A stretch of DNA of 64,000 bases from an uncultured Thermoleophilia bacterium. GTDB lineage: Bacteria; Actinomycetota; Thermoleophilia; UBA2241. This document shows, piece after piece, positions 63,506-64,000 of the stretch. Below the pieces are notes generated by a model, which saw only the letters and a list, made by a program, of their open reading frames with translations, was not told the DNA's origin and made no database searches. The stretch spans positions 8,979 through 72,978 of the forward strand of contig CAWKEZ010000110.1 of assembly GCA_963848545.1 (NCBI GenBank), given 5' to 3'. Both the position numbers and the translations under genes were made by a program. Position 1 is the stretch's first letter, and each line of letters starts with the position of its first letter.

Positions 63506-64000
63506 GTGGCCAAGCAGTACAGCGCACCGCCGCCCATGGTCATCGACTCCAGCAAGCGGTACACCGCCACCATCAGCACCGATCTGGGCGATATCGTCCT
63601 CGAGCTGTTCGCCGACAAGGCGCCCAAGACGGTCAACAACTTCGTCTTCCTGGCTCGCGACGGCTACTTCGACGGCGTCACGTTCCACAGAGTCATCAAG
63701 GGCTTCATGGCCCAGGGCGGCGACCCCACGGGCAGCGGCAGCGGCGGCCCCGGCTACAAGTTCACCGACGAGTTTCACCCTGCCCTGAAGCACGATCAGG
63801 CCGGCATCCTCTCGATGGCCAACGCGGGGCCGGGCACGAACGGCTCGCAGTTCTTCATCACCTACCGCGATACGCCCCACTTGAACGGCAAGCACACGGT
63901 CTTCGGGCGCGTCATCCAAGGCATGGAGGTCGCCGAGGCCATCCCCGAACGCGACCCCATGCGCGCCCGAGAGCCCGGCCTGGCCATGAACAAGGTCACC
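63506..64000 (+). CDS. cyclophilin-type peptidyl-prolyl cis-trans isomerase (partial, runs off window)
   Basis: GTG after [24 protein letters not shown]...[16 protein letters not shown]. Confidence 0.8.
   Translation, partial: MAKQYSAPPPMVIDSSKRYTATISTDLGDIVLELFADKAPKTVNNFVFLARDGYFDGVTFHRVIKGFMAQGGDPTGSGSGGPGYKFTDEFHPALKHDQAGILSMANAGPGTNGSQFFITYRDTPHLNGKHTVFGRVIQGMEVAEAIPERDPMRAREPGLAMNKVT

Overview
This is a high-GC bacterial chromosomal window with at least three compositional and functional blocks.

(1) 1–~11.6 kb has lower GC (~50–62% by eye). It carries a MutS-like C-terminal fragment and enolase. It also holds a histidine-utilisation block on the minus strand: an ftcD-like formiminotransferase fused in frame to hutI, then hutU. 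Next to it is a complete branched-chain amino-acid ABC transporter (livK-H-M-G-F).

(2) At ~11.6 kb two genes are truncated back-to-back, an aldo/keto-reductase/Fe-S C-terminal fragment and an N-terminally truncated Fic protein, and GC jumps to ~70%. A Fic plus AbiEii-like nucleotidyltransferase pair sits on the junction.

(3) ~13–29.5 kb is core genome: CMD-family protein, cbiZ, a DMT transporter, rpoD, nadE, a PAS histidine kinase / CheY-like response regulator / REC-PAS-PP2C phosphatase operon, ftsEX, ctpA, RNase R, smpB, a pterin dehydratase, and tRNA-Arg(CCG).

(4) ~29.67–43.8 kb looks like a tRNA-associated accessory island.
- An IS630 transposase remnant lies 5 nt after the tRNA.
- A GAF histidine kinase, a NarL-type response regulator, a CBS pair and a DUF294 nucleotidyltransferase are linked by frame changes or 4-nt overlaps.
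- A cluster of small coupled ORFs includes a YkoF-like protein.
- An intact IS5-family element has CTAG target-site duplications and lies beside a decayed alpha/beta-hydrolase.
- Trehalose genes are a TreT-like GT4 and otsA.
- An orphan SPPY-type DNA methyltransferase starts on a GTGA overlap with the upstream GT4 glycosyltransferase.
- larC is present without other lar genes.

(5) 44–50 kb is a C1/THF module (fhs, fchA, folD) followed by a NuoE/NuoF-like iron-sulfur flavoprotein pair with no catalytic partner.

(6) 50–64 kb carries an Lrp regulator fused by frameshift to an APC amino-acid permease. It also has a lower-GC metallophosphoesterase plus unknown-protein pair, a putrescine-type aminotransferase, a TetR regulator, a cold-shock protein and gatCAB. 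At the end are a LeuA-family synthase plus LeuC-like dehydratase, then a cyclophilin running off the window.

The most pervasive feature is single-base frameshifts in highly conserved genes: eno, hutI, hutU, livG, livK, Fic, TreT-like, folD, nuoE-like, lrp, the permease, gatA, gatB, leuA and leuC. Several fall in homopolymer runs. These are most economically sequencing or assembly indels, so CDS coordinates bridge frames, exact frameshift positions are approximate, and coordinates may be off by ±1 nt. No CRISPR array and no rRNA were seen.
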